Source: Clostridia bacterium (GTDB lineage: Bacteria > Bacillota > Clostridia > Oscillospirales > Acutalibacteraceae). From it: a stretch of DNA of 64,000 bases. The stretch is taken from positions 10,825 to 74,824 of the forward strand of contig JAFUQS010000062.1 in NCBI GenBank assembly GCA_017472225.1, written 5' to 3'. Position 1 is the stretch's first letter; each line of letters starts with the position of its first letter. The notes beneath the pieces are model-generated. The model was given only the letters and a program-made list of their open reading frames with translations, was not told the DNA's origin and did not search any database. Below, one piece after another: positions 7,402-16,213 of this stretch. Position numbers and translations under genes: made by a program.

Positions 7402-7430
7402 ATTTTATCATAAAGAATAAAAAATGTCAA
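7402..7430 (-). promoter_or_regulatory. Sigma-A type promoter for T-box leader 2
   Basis: Minus-sense TTGACA (7425-7430), 17 nt spacer, TAAAAT (7402-7407), preceded by TGa (extended -10). Confidence 0.7.
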
Positions 7431-7460
7431 CACTTTTACACTTTAAAATTCAAGAATTTC

Positions 7461-8093
7461 TTATTTTGTGCCGAAAATTCTGTCACCTGCATCACCAAGT
7501 CCGGGAACGATATAGCCGTTTTCATTGAGCTTCTCATCAAGCGCAGCACAGTAAACATGAACATCAGGATGTGCTTTTGTAAAAGCTTCAATTCCTTCAG
7601 GTGCAGCAATTATGCACATGAAACGGATTGAACGGGGCTTTCTGAGTTTAATTTGGGACACAGCATCTATACCTGAGCCACCTGTTGCAAGCATCGGGTC
7701 AACAACAAAAACATCTCTTTCGCCGATATCCTTGGGAAGCTTACAATAATATTCAACGGGCTTGAGTGTTTCCTCATCACGGTAAAGTCCGATATGACCT
7801 ATTCTGCATGAAGGTACAAGACTTGTTATACCGTCGACCATGCCGAGACCTGCACGGAGAATGGGTACAACAGCAAGCTTTTTGCCACATATATGCTTAA
7901 CCGTTGTTTTGCAAATAGGTGTTTCAACCTCAACAGCCTCCAAAGGAAGCTCTCTGGTTGCTTCATAACACATAAGAGTTGCAATTTCTGAAACAAGAGC
8001 ACGGAAATCCTTTGAGCTTGTTTCTTTATTTCTGAGTATGGAAAGCTTATGCTGAATAAGCGGATGATCAAAAACAGTTACATTGTTATACAT
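7461..8093 (-). CDS. upp: Uracil phosphoribosyltransferase
   Basis: 210 aa. [35 protein letters not shown] and DPMLATGGS are characteristic of Upp. SD AGGAAA lies 7 nt upstream. Confidence 0.93.
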   Translation of the reverse strand: MYNNVTVFDHPLIQHKLSILRNKETSSKDFRALVSEIATLMCYEATRELPLEAVEVETPICKTTVKHICGKKLAVVPILRAGLGMVDGITSLVPSCRIGHIGLYRDEETLKPVEYYCKLPKDIGERDVFVVDPMLATGGSGIDAVSQIKLRKPRSIRFMCIIAAPEGIEAFTKAHPDVHVYCAALDEKLNENGYIVPGLGDAGDRIFGTK

Positions 8094-8186
8094 AATAATG
8101 TTTCCTTTCTTTTTCTTTGAATTTACATATTTTAATTATAGCTTCATTCTGTCGATAAATCAAGGCTAAAATCTAAAATTCTCGAA

Positions 8187-8215
8187 TTGACTTGTATAAT
8201 ACAGTATGCTAAAAT
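8187..8215 (+). promoter_or_regulatory. Sigma-A type promoter
   Basis: TTGACT, 17 nt spacer, TAAAAT with TGc extended -10, about 35 nt upstream of the 8250 CDS. Confidence 0.6.
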
Positions 8216-8249
8216 ACTTATGTAAACATTTTAGCAAAGGAGAAAAAGT

Positions 8250-9563
8250 ATGAAAAAACAAAAGCGCAAGAAAAAAGGTTGTCTTATTGGTCTCAGTGTT
8301 ATCGCAATTATGCTCGTTGCAGTAATTATTGCCGCTTCGGTTCTGCTTCCCGGAATTGACACAGGCGGATACCGTTACATCGCAATCAATGCAGGAACAT
8401 CCTTCCTGAAAAAACAATCGAGCAGTGAAGTTGACGCACTGCTTCAAAAAACAGGCGGCTTCATAAAGGGTGTATGCCACCCGAATGAAAATTATGAGCA
8501 AATCAAGGACGCCAACATCGAATGGGTGAGATTTGATCTTACTTCACTTCCTTATGACGAAAACGGCAACCTTACACAGGGATATAAAGACTTCAAGGAG
8601 CGTGCCAAGGGTTATGCCGACAACGGAATGAAGGTTATGTGCGTCACCCAATATCCTGAAGTGTACATAGAAGCGGGACTCGACCCGAGAGAGGCTGCAA
8701 GCAAAACAAAAATTCAGGAATATGCCCGTTTCATTGCTGAGGATCTTCAGGGAATCGTTCACGCTTTTCAGATTACAAACGAAATGGGTATTGAGCATTT
8801 CACTCTTCCGCTGACTCTCGATGAAGCTGCAGAATATATCGGCATACAGCTTGAAGCCATGTACGATGTCAGAGGTGATATAATCATCGGCTTCAACTGT
8901 GCCGGTGGCGCAATTTATACACTCGTTGAAAAAATGCAGCCCTACCTTGAATACTGTGACTATGTTGCCCTTGATCTTTATCTCGGTTGCTTTGAAAACA
9001 TGTTCAAGGACATATGGGTATATAACGGTATTCTCAGATATCTGTGGAGCTACACCGGAAAGCCCATTATTCTTAATGAATTCGGCTACATGGGATACGG
9101 TGATGTTAAAAGCGATGAGCAAAAGCAGGAAATTCTGCGTACCTACGGTGTTGAAAGTGAAGAAGAAGCAAGAAAGGATATATTCGCTTTTATCGATAAT
9201 CTGCCCAAGGATTTCAAGGAGCATATGCTGAGTCTTGAATATTCAGATGAAAAAGAACTTGCAGACAAGCTGTTTGACACAGAACTTGCCAATCATCTAT
9301 ACAGAGAAATTCAGGGTGGTTATCAATTAACGGACTACCGCCATACTCCTGAGGATCAGGCAAGATTCTTCACAGATACCATTGCGGGAATAAGAGAACT
9401 CGATTTCCTTTGCGGTGCAATTGTTTATTGCTACAGCGACAGTGATGCCTGTTATATATGCGGACAGGAGGATTGCCCGATTGAAACCGGATGGGGGCTT
9501 GTGGATTTACACGGTGAACCAAAGCCGGCATACTATGCCGTTCAGAAAGCATTTGAAAACTGA
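8250..9563 (+). CDS. Membrane-anchored glycoside-hydrolase-like protein (clan GH-A TIM-barrel pattern)
   Basis: 437 aa. One N-terminal TM helix. Candidate acid/base ITNEMG and nucleophile ILNEFGY are spaced as in GH5-like enzymes. The family is not resolved by eye. Confidence 0.4.
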   Translation: MKKQKRKKKGCLIGLSVIAIMLVAVIIAASVLLPGIDTGGYRYIAINAGTSFLKKQSSSEVDALLQKTGGFIKGVCHPNENYEQIKDANIEWVRFDLTSLPYDENGNLTQGYKDFKERAKGYADNGMKVMCVTQYPEVYIEAGLDPREAASKTKIQEYARFIAEDLQGIVHAFQITNEMGIEHFTLPLTLDEAAEYIGIQLEAMYDVRGDIIIGFNCAGGAIYTLVEKMQPYLEYCDYVALDLYLGCFENMFKDIWVYNGILRYLWSYTGKPIILNEFGYMGYGDVKSDEQKQEILRTYGVESEEEARKDIFAFIDNLPKDFKEHMLSLEYSDEKELADKLFDTELANHLYREIQGGYQLTDYRHTPEDQARFFTDTIAGIRELDFLCGAIVYCYSDSDACYICGQEDCPIETGWGLVDLHGEPKPAYYAVQKAFEN

Positions 9564-9570
9564 TATAAAA

Positions 9571-9609
9571 ATAGCTGTAAAAAACTTGTGTTTTTACAGC
9601 TATTTTTTG
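9571..9609. terminator. Bidirectional intrinsic terminator (8250 CDS / rnhA)
   Basis: ATAGCTGTAAAAA-loop-TTTTTACAGCTAT with T-runs on both strands. Confidence 0.75.
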
Positions 9610-9725
9610 TTTTATCTTTTCCTGACCACTGACCGCTACAAGCTGCTTTCAGAAAGAGAATTCCCTTTTACGCTGATGTTCTTACTTTTTTAATGGTTAT
9701 TTATTACCGCCGCTTTTTCTCGGAT

Positions 9726-10166
9726 TTATTTGATGAATTTCTGACTTTCTTTCACTGCGAGTTCATCACATCTTTCATTTTCCGGGTGGCCGGCATGACC
9801 CTTTATCCATTCCATCACAACATCGTGCTTTTCAATCAGTTCAAGAAGCTCAGCCCAAAGTTCAGGATTTAAAGCCGGCTTTTTATCCTTCTTTTTCCAG
9901 TTATTAGCCCGCCATGATTGTGCCCATCCTAAGGTTATGCCGTTAAAAACATATTGTGAATCAGTAATTATTTTCACCTTACAAGGCTCCTTCAGTGCCT
10001 TGAGACCTTCAATGACAGCCGTCAGCTCCATACGATGGTTTGTTGTATGCTCCTCCCCGCCGGAAAGCTCTTTGCGTTTTCCCTTATAATCAAGAATTGT
10101 TCCCCAGCCTCCGGGTCCGGGATTACCTGAGCAGGCACCATCTGAATATACAGTAACTTCTTTCAT
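9726..10166 (-). CDS. rnhA: Ribonuclease HI
   Basis: 146 aa. VYSDGACSGNPGPGGWG, TNHRMEL, ITDSQY, WIKGHAGHPENERCDELA. Confidence 0.93.
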   Translation of the reverse strand: MKEVTVYSDGACSGNPGPGGWGTILDYKGKRKELSGGEEHTTNHRMELTAVIEGLKALKEPCKVKIITDSQYVFNGITLGWAQSWRANNWKKKDKKPALNPELWAELLELIEKHDVVMEWIKGHAGHPENERCDELAVKESQKFIK

Positions 10167-10363
10167 GAAATATCTCCTATAAAAAAACGATTTGAATTAT
10201 TTTATCACATCCCTGATTTTGTTTCAAGATGAAAAAAACATAACTTTAAAGCAAATCTTAATAAAAGATGAAATTATATAAAGTGCTTGAAGATTTATTT
10301 ATTTTATTGTATTATATTATGTATGTGCAAACACTGACTTAAGTTACAGAAAGAAGGCTGAAA

Positions 10364-13318
10364 ATGTTAAAGCAAAAAAGAAGTCTGTGGGATGAATATA
10401 AATACATAATCATTTCATTCCTCGCCTCAGCGGTCACAATGCTTGTGATTTATATGTGCAACAGTATGATCCCTCTCGGTGATAACACTATTTTAAGAAT
10501 GGACCTTTATCATCAGTACGGTCCTTTGTTTGCTGAGCTTTATGAAAGGATAACAGAAGGAGACAGCTTGTTTTATTCATGGGCTTCAGGCCTCGGAAGC
10601 TGCTTCCTCGGAAATTACTTCAACTATCTGTCAAGTCCTGTCGGCGCTATTGTGGTGTTTTTCGGTCACAAAAATGTAACCGAAGCAATCGCAGCCATGA
10701 TTCTCATAAAAGCAGCTCTTTCATCCGCCACCTTCACATATTATCTGAAAAAATCACTTCACAGTCAGTCATACGCTTCAAGTGCTTTCGGTGTTATGTA
10801 TGCTTTCTGCGGTTATATGCTTGCTTACTATTGGAATGTTATGTGGCTTGATGCAATGGTTCTTCTGCCGATAGTTCTTCTCGGAATTGAAAGAATCATT
10901 GATAACGGTAAAATGAGAACCTTCGTAACAGGTCTTGCGCTTTCGATGTTTTCAAATTACTATATGTCATATATGCTCTGCATTTTTTCTGTATCATATT
11001 TCTTCTATTATTACTTCAAGGATTATAGCTTCAGCTCTGTTGTGAGTGAAGAATATGCTGAAGCGAATAAAGGCTTTTCATTTAAAAACAACAGATTTTT
11101 CAGAAGCGGTGTTATTTTCACTGTTGCCGCATTAACTGCTGCGGGACTTATGGCTGTTGTACTTCTTCCCGTTTATAAAATTCTTCAGTCATGCTCTGCA
11201 ACATCAGGTACCTTCCCCTCAGATCCCGAATCCTACTTCACCTTCTTTGACTTTTTCGCAAACCACCTTGCAAGTCTCACAACAACTATAAGGTCAAGCG
11301 GTGACGATGTTCTTCCGAATGTTTACTGCGGAGTTCTTACACTTGTACTCGCTCCCCTTTTCTTCTTCACCAAATCTATATCAAAAAAAGAAAAGGTCGT
11401 AACTATCGGACTTCTTGTTGTTTTATACTTCAGCTTCAATGTAAATATTTTCAACTACATCTGGCACGGTATGCACTTCCCTAACGATCTGCCCTACCGT
11501 CAATCGTTCATTTATTCATTTGTGCTTTTGGTTATGGCATACAAAACCTTCATGCGGCTTAATGAATTCAAGGCTCGTCATTTTGGTGTTGTGGGCGTTG
11601 CTCTCATCTGCTTCACAATGCTTGTTGAAGAGCTCACATCAAAAAATGTTACAACCGGAACAGTTATTCTCACTCTTATCCTCATTGTGCTTTATGTTGT
11701 AGTTCTTGCAGTATTCATGGACAAGAGATATCAGTCCGTTTCCGTTGCAGCTCTTCTTATCGTCTGCGTTTGCAGTGAAGCTGTTATGTGTGACACCAGT
11801 TCTCTTAATATTTCCATTTCAAAAGACTCCTATGTATCCGATTATGACGATTTCTCCACAATAAAGGATACACTTGACACAATTGAAAACGATGATTTTT
11901 ATCGTATGGAGCTTACAGACCTGAGAACAAGAATGGATCCCTCATGGTACTATTACAACGGTGCCTCCGTTTTCTCATCGATGGCATATGAAAGGCTTTC
12001 AAATCTTCAGGATGACTTAGGTATGATGAGCAACCGAATAAACAGCTACACATATAATCCGCAGACTCCCGTTTATAACATGATGTTTTCGATGAAATAT
12101 ATCGTGAACAACTATACACCCGATGCATTGGCAGCATCACCGAATTATTCACAGGTAGCAACCCATTCAAAGTATACGGCCTACAAAAACAATTACTATC
12201 TCCCGATTGCATATCTTGTTGACAGTGCCGCTTCTACCTGGGGAACAGATGAGTATATTTCCAATTGGAAGACGAACACAAACAGTGACCCGTTTGCACT
12301 TCAGGGCGATTATTTTAACCTCGCCACAGGCGGTCTCGGAAGTCCCTTCCAAAAGCTCGAGCCTGAATACATCACATATTCAAATGTCAACTCCTTCAGC
12401 GAAAGCATGAGTTCATCAAGCTTCTATTATGACAAAACAACAGATGACCTTGACGGCTCTGCAACTGTTTATCTCTCTCCCGAAACTGATACGAATGTAT
12501 ACATCTATTTTGATATTACCGGAGCAGATTCAAAGGACATCACAATCAACTCTCCTCTCGGCACAATGACCCATAATGCAAATCAGGATTGTGTCCTTGA
12601 CCTTGGATATTACAACGCAGGCGATACAATCTCCATAAACTTCCCCTTTGAAGAAAACAGTGGTACACTGAAATTCTTCGCATATACTCTTAATCAGGAA
12701 ATCATGAACCTGGGTTACAAGGTTCTCAGCGAACAGCAAATGCTCACAGAGGAATTTGAAGACACCTACATCAAAGGAAGAATTACAGCAGAAAAAGATT
12801 GCCTGCTTTATACTTCAATCCCCTATGATGAAGGTTGGAAGGTTTATATTGACGGCACACAGGTAGCTGAGGAAAAAATTATCAAGGTTGGTGAAGCACT
12901 TCTCGGCATTATGGTTGAAGAAGGAAATCACACCGTTGAATTTAAATTTGAAGTTCCTTCTCTTATGATAGGTGCTGTAATTACAATTATTACACTGCTT
13001 TTAATTGCAGCTTATTACCTGATTAAAAAGTTGAAAAAAGGCAGTTCAAGAACTGAAATACGGTATGCAGAAATTGACAATAGCTGGACTGATGAGGTTC
13101 TTATGCCTGAGCCGGTTGTTTCTGAAGCTTCATCAGAAGAAGCCGGACCTTCCCTTCAAGCATCCAACGCTTACGCTGACAGCTATCCGAAGCGTGAATT
13201 GATTGAACCGAAGTCTGCAGTTATGAAGGAGATTTTTTCACCAAGACCGACTCAGATTGAGGTTATTGAAATTGAGGAAGAAATTTCAGACAGTAACAAC
13301 AATAATATAACAGAATAA
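10364..13318 (+). CDS. YfhO-family polytopic membrane protein (putative glycosyltransferase)
   Basis: 984 aa. More than 10 N-terminal TM segments, a large extracytoplasmic domain, a C-terminal TM helix and a disordered tail. The length and the start (DLYHQYGPLFAEL...) fit YfhO family members as I recall them. Confidence 0.6.
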   Translation: MLKQKRSLWDEYKYIIISFLASAVTMLVIYMCNSMIPLGDNTILRMDLYHQYGPLFAELYERITEGDSLFYSWASGLGSCFLGNYFNYLSSPVGAIVVFFGHKNVTEAIAAMILIKAALSSATFTYYLKKSLHSQSYASSAFGVMYAFCGYMLAYYWNVMWLDAMVLLPIVLLGIERIIDNGKMRTFVTGLALSMFSNYYMSYMLCIFSVSYFFYYYFKDYSFSSVVSEEYAEANKGFSFKNNRFFRSGVIFTVAALTAAGLMAVVLLPVYKILQSCSATSGTFPSDPESYFTFFDFFANHLASLTTTIRSSGDDVLPNVYCGVLTLVLAPLFFFTKSISKKEKVVTIGLLVVLYFSFNVNIFNYIWHGMHFPNDLPYRQSFIYSFVLLVMAYKTFMRLNEFKARHFGVVGVALICFTMLVEELTSKNVTTGTVILTLILIVLYVVVLAVFMDKRYQSVSVAALLIVCVCSEAVMCDTSSLNISISKDSYVSDYDDFSTIKDTLDTIENDDFYRMELTDLRTRMDPSWYYYNGASVFSSMAYERLSNLQDDLGMMSNRINSYTYNPQTPVYNMMFSMKYIVNNYTPDALAASPNYSQVATHSKYTAYKNNYYLPIAYLVDSAASTWGTDEYISNWKTNTNSDPFALQGDYFNLATGGLGSPFQKLEPEYITYSNVNSFSESMSSSSFYYDKTTDDLDGSATVYLSPETDTNVYIYFDITGADSKDITINSPLGTMTHNANQDCVLDLGYYNAGDTISINFPFEENSGTLKFFAYTLNQEIMNLGYKVLSEQQMLTEEFEDTYIKGRITAEKDCLLYTSIPYDEGWKVYIDGTQVAEEKIIKVGEALLGIMVEEGNHTVEFKFEVPSLMIGAVITIITLLLIAAYYLIKKLKKGSSRTEIRYAEIDNSWTDEVLMPEPVVSEASSEEAGPSLQASNAYADSYPKRELIEPKSAVMKEIFSPRPTQIEVIEIEEEISDSNNNNITE

Positions 13319-13324
13319 CAGGAA

Positions 13325-13356
13325 GAAAGGACATCCTTAGCCAAGGATGTCCTTTC
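13325..13356. terminator. Stem-loop between convergent genes (weak U-tracts)
   Basis: GAAAGGACATCCTT-AGCC-AAGGATGTCCTTTC, 14 bp perfect. Confidence 0.55.
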
Positions 13357-13376
13357 TCAAGTTAAAGAGACTGAAC

Positions 13377-13571
13377 TTATTTCATGTTCTTTTCATAAGA
13401 TTCGATCATCTTTTTAACCATCTGACCGCCAACTGAACCGGCTTCACGTGATGTGAGATCACCGTTGTAACCCTGCTTGAGGTTTACGCCAACTTCTGAA
13501 GCAGCTTCCATCTTGAACTTATCAAGAGCATTTCTTGCTTCGGGTACCATACCCTTAGAATTCTTAGCCAT
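13377..13571 (-). CDS. Alpha/beta-type small acid-soluble spore protein
   Basis: 64 aa. ALDKFKMEAASEVGV and LTSREAGSVGGQMVKKMIE are the SASP signatures. Confidence 0.9.
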   Translation of the reverse strand: MAKNSKGMVPEARNALDKFKMEAASEVGVNLKQGYNGDLTSREAGSVGGQMVKKMIESYEKNMK

Positions 13572-13775
13572 AGCTTACACTCTCCTTTAAATATACTTTT
13601 TGCGTTTGCAAATATATTTTGTGTGTGATGTAAAAATATATAAGTGTAAGTATTTGGAAAGTCATTATGTCCAATTTAATATACAGAAAAATCAAGGCCA
13701 AAAGTAATTACATAATTAAAAACAGCTTCAACTTGAATATCCATTGAAAAATAATGCAATAATTTGAAAATAATA

Positions 13776-13804
13776 TTGCATATTTTTGCATCGTGATGTA
13801 TAAT
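13776..13804 (+). promoter_or_regulatory. Sigma-A type promoter
   Basis: TTGCAT, 17 nt spacer, TATAAT. An 8 bp inverted repeat ATGCAATA/TATTGCAT (13754-13781) overlaps the -35. Confidence 0.55.
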
Positions 13805-13838
13805 TATTGAAATTATTTTTCACTGAGGAGGTTTGCCT

Positions 13839-14657
13839 GTGCACAAGGAGCGTATTATTGATATGCATGTTCATTCAGACAATTCACCCGACGGAATACA
13901 CTCACCGATGTTCATCTGTGAACAGGCTGTTGACAAAGGGCTCAGAGCAATTGCCTTCACAGACCATTGCGAGATTGATACTTATCATTCTCAGAAATAT
14001 GATTGCATGGCTTTTCACTCATACTTTGAATGTTCAAAGGCAAGGGTTGCTTTTGAAGGTCAGTTGCTTGTTTTAATCGGTCTTGAAATCGGTCAACCAA
14101 ATTCGGACTATGAGCTTACGAAAAAAATCGTTAATTCCCGTCCATATGATGTGATTCTCGGCAGTATTCACACACCGAAGGGCTTCAACTGCGATATAAA
14201 GGAAATTGAATATGACAAAATTGATGTTTATGATTTCATGAAAAATTATTTTGCCGAGCTTACGGAAATGGCATATTGCCCTGAAATCGATATTCTTGCC
14301 CATATAACATGTCCCATGAGAAGAATTCAAGGCAAGTACGGTATCGCCTTTGATTATGAAAAAATTCAAAAGGAAACCGATGAGCTTCTCAAAGCGATTA
14401 TTAAAAACGATAAGGTTCTTGAAATAAATACATCGGGACTTCGTCAGCCTATAGGAAAAACTATGCCTGATGAAAACATCATCCGAAGATATAAAGAGCT
14501 TGGCGGCAAGCACATAAGCATAGGCTCTGATTCACATTCAGCATATGACACAGGTGCAGGTATCAGAGAAGGTATGCTTCTTGCAAAAAGATGTGGATTT
14601 GACCGACTTACTTTTTTGGTCGATCGTGAAATAATGGAAATTGAAAACAATATATAA
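13839..14657 (+). CDS. PHP-domain phosphoesterase (histidinol-phosphatase HisJ family)
   Basis: IDMHVHSDNSPDG, FTDHCE, GSIH, EINTSG, GSDSH. The track start TTG 13833 is 1 nt from the SD GGAGG. GTG 13839 (7 nt spacing) is preferred, and ATG 13863 is also possible. Confidence 0.75.
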   Translation: MHKERIIDMHVHSDNSPDGIHSPMFICEQAVDKGLRAIAFTDHCEIDTYHSQKYDCMAFHSYFECSKARVAFEGQLLVLIGLEIGQPNSDYELTKKIVNSRPYDVILGSIHTPKGFNCDIKEIEYDKIDVYDFMKNYFAELTEMAYCPEIDILAHITCPMRRIQGKYGIAFDYEKIQKETDELLKAIIKNDKVLEINTSGLRQPIGKTMPDENIIRRYKELGGKHISIGSDSHSAYDTGAGIREGMLLAKRCGFDRLTFLVDREIMEIENNI

Positions 14658-14662
14658 AGGAT

Positions 14663-16153
14663 GTGATAACCGTGTCACAGGATAACAACACACTAATTAA
14701 AATCGATAAAAAAACCATAATCGGAATAACGGCACTCTTAGTCGGTATTATGCTGTTTGCAGGAATACTCACCCAGGTTGTTCCGACCGGTGCTTATGAC
14801 CTTGATGCTGACGGTTCGATAATCAATGGTACCTATCACGAAATTTCAAGGGATGAAGTGGATTACAGCTTCTGGAGAGTTTTTCTTGCACCTGTTGAAA
14901 CCTTTATTTATTCAACATCCGATGCGATGACCGGTGTTGCAATTATTTTAATCATCGTTATCATCGGCGGTACTTTTCTTGTTCTTGATAAAAGCGGTGT
15001 ACTGAAATACATCATGTCAACAATTGTTGATAAATATTCCGAAAAGAAATACACACTTCTTGCCATAATAATTTTTGCTTGTATGCTGCTTTCCTCTTTT
15101 GCGGGTATTCTGGAGGAATCCGTTACCTTAGTGCCTTTAGCCGTAGCAATCACCCTATCGCTCGGTTGGGACTCTTTTGTAGGTCTCGGAATCAGCCTCA
15201 TTTCTGTCTCATTCGGTTATGCTGCCGCCACCTTCAACCCCTTCAATGTAGGAATCACTCAGTCCATGGCTGATTTGCCAATGTTTTCAGGTGTTCTTTT
15301 CAGAGTTCTTGTTTTTGCGGTGGTTTATGCCGTTTTAACTATTTTCTTTATTACATATGCAAAAAAGATTGAAAAAGATCCTAAGAAATCCCTTTGTTAT
15401 GAAAGTGACCTTGAGCTTCGAAAAAGATTTCTCAATGAAGAAGAAATGGAAAAGGCAATGGCTAATCAAAAGCTGCCCAAGGCTACGAAGGCTTTTGTGA
15501 GTGCATTGATCGGTGTTCTTATAATCACGGTAATCTGCCTTGTTACCAACACCTTAATTGAAGATCAGACTTTGTCAGATATCATAGGATATCTTCCGTT
15601 GGTTTCAATGGCAATTCTTTTCACTGTCGGCGGTCTTCGTGCCGGATTCATATCCGGACTGAGCAAAAAGGAGCTTGCGGATGTATTCAAAAAGGGAGCA
15701 AAAACTATTCTCCCCTGCGCACCTATTATTCTTATTATTATCAGCGTTACATACATCCTCAAAAGCGGTAAAATTATTGATACTCTGCTTTATTGGGTAT
15801 ACAACCTTATAAGCGATGCAAACCCCTATGTTGCAATTATAATCATTTTTGTTGTTATAGGCATATTTGAATTTTTTATCGGAAGCGGCTCTGCTAAAGC
15901 ATTTCTCCTGATGCCGATTCTTCTTCCCCTTGTTGATATGCTCGGTGTGGGGAGACAAAATCTGATTGTTGCTTTCTGCCTCAGTGACGGACTGTGTAAT
16001 GTTCTTTTCCCGACAAACGGACTTCTGATTATTGCGCTCGGTATTATCAACATATCTTATCTTAAGTACATACGATGCGCATGGAAGCTGTTTTTAGCTG
16101 AGTTTGTGGCTTGTATAGGCATACTTCTGCTCGGAACTGCAATCGGTTATTAA
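14663..16153 (+). CDS. YfcC/DcuC-like (C4-dicarboxylate anaerobic carrier family) integral membrane transporter
   Basis: 496 aa, polytopic. The N-terminus ...LTQVVPTGAYDLD... resembles YfcC. The start is uncertain (GTG 14663 or GTG 14672). Confidence 0.55.
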   Translation: MITVSQDNNTLIKIDKKTIIGITALLVGIMLFAGILTQVVPTGAYDLDADGSIINGTYHEISRDEVDYSFWRVFLAPVETFIYSTSDAMTGVAIILIIVIIGGTFLVLDKSGVLKYIMSTIVDKYSEKKYTLLAIIIFACMLLSSFAGILEESVTLVPLAVAITLSLGWDSFVGLGISLISVSFGYAAATFNPFNVGITQSMADLPMFSGVLFRVLVFAVVYAVLTIFFITYAKKIEKDPKKSLCYESDLELRKRFLNEEEMEKAMANQKLPKATKAFVSALIGVLIITVICLVTNTLIEDQTLSDIIGYLPLVSMAILFTVGGLRAGFISGLSKKELADVFKKGAKTILPCAPIILIIISVTYILKSGKIIDTLLYWVYNLISDANPYVAIIIIFVVIGIFEFFIGSGSAKAFLLMPILLPLVDMLGVGRQNLIVAFCLSDGLCNVLFPTNGLLIIALGIINISYLKYIRCAWKLFLAEFVACIGILLLGTAIGY

Positions 16154-16166
16154 AGGCATATAAAAC

Positions 16167-16206
16167 AAAAATTCTCGGTATCAGTTAAGATACCGAGAAT
16201 TTTTTA
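16167..16206. terminator. Bidirectional intrinsic terminator
   Basis: AAAATTCTCGGTATC-AGTTAA-GATACCGAGAATTTT with flanking A/T runs. Confidence 0.8.
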
Positions 16207-16213
16207 TATCACT

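Noticed and set aside
13572-13650. Forespore sigma-G type promoter upstream of the SASP gene
   Set aside because: A CAAAATA -10-like element is present, but I could not find a convincing GHATR -35 at the 17-18 nt spacing, so it is not reported as a feature.
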